A stretch of 64,000 nucleotides of DNA. Origin: Felis catus. Taxonomy: Eukaryota. Made by a program: the position numbers and the translations under genes. The notes beneath the pieces are model-generated. The model saw nothing but the letters and a program-made list of their open reading frames with translations, searched no databases and was not told the DNA's origin. Below are positions 62,955-64,000 of the stretch, in pieces. Location: contig NC_058368.1 of assembly GCF_018350175.1 (NCBI RefSeq), positions 46,254,001-46,318,000 of the forward strand, in the 5' to 3' direction. Every line of letters starts with the position of its first letter. Positions within the stretch are counted from its first letter, which is position 1.

Positions 62955-63159
62955 TATATTTTTTAATATTTATTTATTTTGAAAGAGAAACAGAGTGTGA
63001 GTGGGGGAGGGGCAGAGAGAAAGGGAGACAGAATCCGGAGCAGGCCCACAATGTCAGCACAGAGCCCTACTCTGGGCTGGATCTCACAAACTTTGAGGTC
63101 ATGACCTGAGCTGGAATAAAGAGCCAGATGCTGAACTGACTAAGCTACCCAGCCGCCCC
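62955..63159 (-). mobile_element. Can-SINE
   Basis: Reverse-oriented, ends aagctacccagccgcccc; TSD-like CATCTTTA on both sides. Confidence 0.9.
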
Positions 63160-64000
63160 TAAAATCATCTTTAAAAGTGACTTCAGTATCAAATATTTGG
63201 CACTTATCTTACAGAGGTCTCTGCTTTTATTTTTAATCAAGATTTCAGGGTCAAGTAAAACATGTATTCCTTGCATTTCAATTTTGTGTAACTTTTTTTT
63301 CTTTTAAAGGAGAGACTAACATTGTCAGCAGAGTAATTAAAGAGTTTAAATTATTTTAGGCAGTAATTAGATATTTATGTTTGCTATCACACTATAATTC
63401 ATTTCTCTTTCCCCAGTATTGCAGAGTTGATTATATTTTATTTTATATTCTGCTGAATCAAATTAAACTGTTTAATATCTATATATCCAAGTGCAGATGC
63501 AGCTGAAATTGCCATGGTTCTGACATACACAGGTCGATTTGTTAAGAGGAAAGAAATGGTAGAAATGATTTTCTCATTCACTGTTCTATAAAAACATTCT
63601 CACATAGGTCTAGCTGTTATTATTATTACTGTTTTTTTTTTATTAAACTCTTAGTTGCCTCCTGCCTCTTGAACTTGCATGTTCTATGGCCCGTAGTGAT
63701 ATTCATTGATGGGTGCTCCTGATATTCAGAAAAATGCTTTTCTTCGCCCCTTTACCATAAAGTTCAGCAGTGACGCCAAAGATTAGGTTGTGTGCGCCCT
63801 TTCAGTTATGAATTATAAGAAATATCTGCTTCGAAACACTCACTAGAAAAAGACAAGTCTTTGAGAAATGACTTCAGAATTAACTTGCTTGATTCTTAAC
63901 CATGAACCTATAATATGTTTGGTTAATTGAAGGGTACAACCTGCAAAATTTTGTAAACTCTTAGAAAATCTTATGAATCTTTATGAATTTCTGCTTCCAT

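Larger units (their letters stand above)
1..64000 (-). other. DACH1: Partial DACH1 transcription unit (3' half; four coding exons plus introns, gene extends beyond both window ends)
   Basis: Four minus-strand exons splice in frame to DETPLSTPTARDSLDKLSLTGHGQPLPPGFPPPFLFPDGLSSIETLLTNIQ-GLLKVAIDNARAQEKQ...EQKNR-AIVQKRLKKEKKAKRKLQ...LRVLN-DSLTPEIEADRSGSRTDAERTIQ, the recognisable DACH1 C-terminal region. Neither the upstream exon nor the terminal 'DGRLYLKTTVMY*' exon was seen in the window. Confidence 0.93.

Noticed and set aside
123..63159. Strand bias of Can-SINEs relative to DACH1
   Set aside because: Roughly equal numbers lie on each strand; no meaningful bias.
14205..64000. Further canonical DACH1 coding exons or a nested protein-coding gene
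   Set aside because: No ORF in the track resembles DACH1 or any protein I recognise; the longer ones (57191..57571, 62273..62668, 56330..56647) have the composition of random AT-rich DNA.

Overview
AT-rich mammalian genomic DNA, almost certainly from a felid (many carnivore tRNA-derived Can-SINEs, including young SINEC_Fc-type copies with intact target-site duplications). The whole window lies inside the DACH1 (dachshund homolog 1) gene on the minus strand. Four coding exons with canonical GT-AG boundaries and consistent phases (14053-14204, 5275-5422, 2083-2226, 1509-1577) encode the C-terminal Dachshund box-C/DD2 coiled coil. They correspond, by recalled human numbering, to exons 7-10. Positions 14205-64000 are one very large intron, and neither the next upstream exon nor the terminal coding exon was found in the window. 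The introns hold about 22 Can-SINEs, MLT1 and MER21-like solo LTRs, L1, L2 and MIR fragments, a MER58-like DNA transposon, microsatellites and several repeat-free, motif-dense blocks that look like developmental enhancers. No prokaryotic-type system (CRISPR, operon) and no novel long ORF is present. The most interesting untested signals are: (i) an in-frame 18-nt microexon candidate with an alternative 'poison' donor at 35.3-35.4 kb, overlapping three CCATATGG palindromes spaced exactly 50 bp apart; (ii) a candidate 10-nt microexon or alternative last exon at about 1.1 kb; (iii) a divergent pair of CTCF-like motifs around exon 8; (iv) a TSD-flanked insertion made only of L1 5'UTR-like sequence; (v) a CpG-retaining enhancer-like block at 47.5-48.2 kb. 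Repeat subfamily names and human comparisons are from memory, not from database searches.
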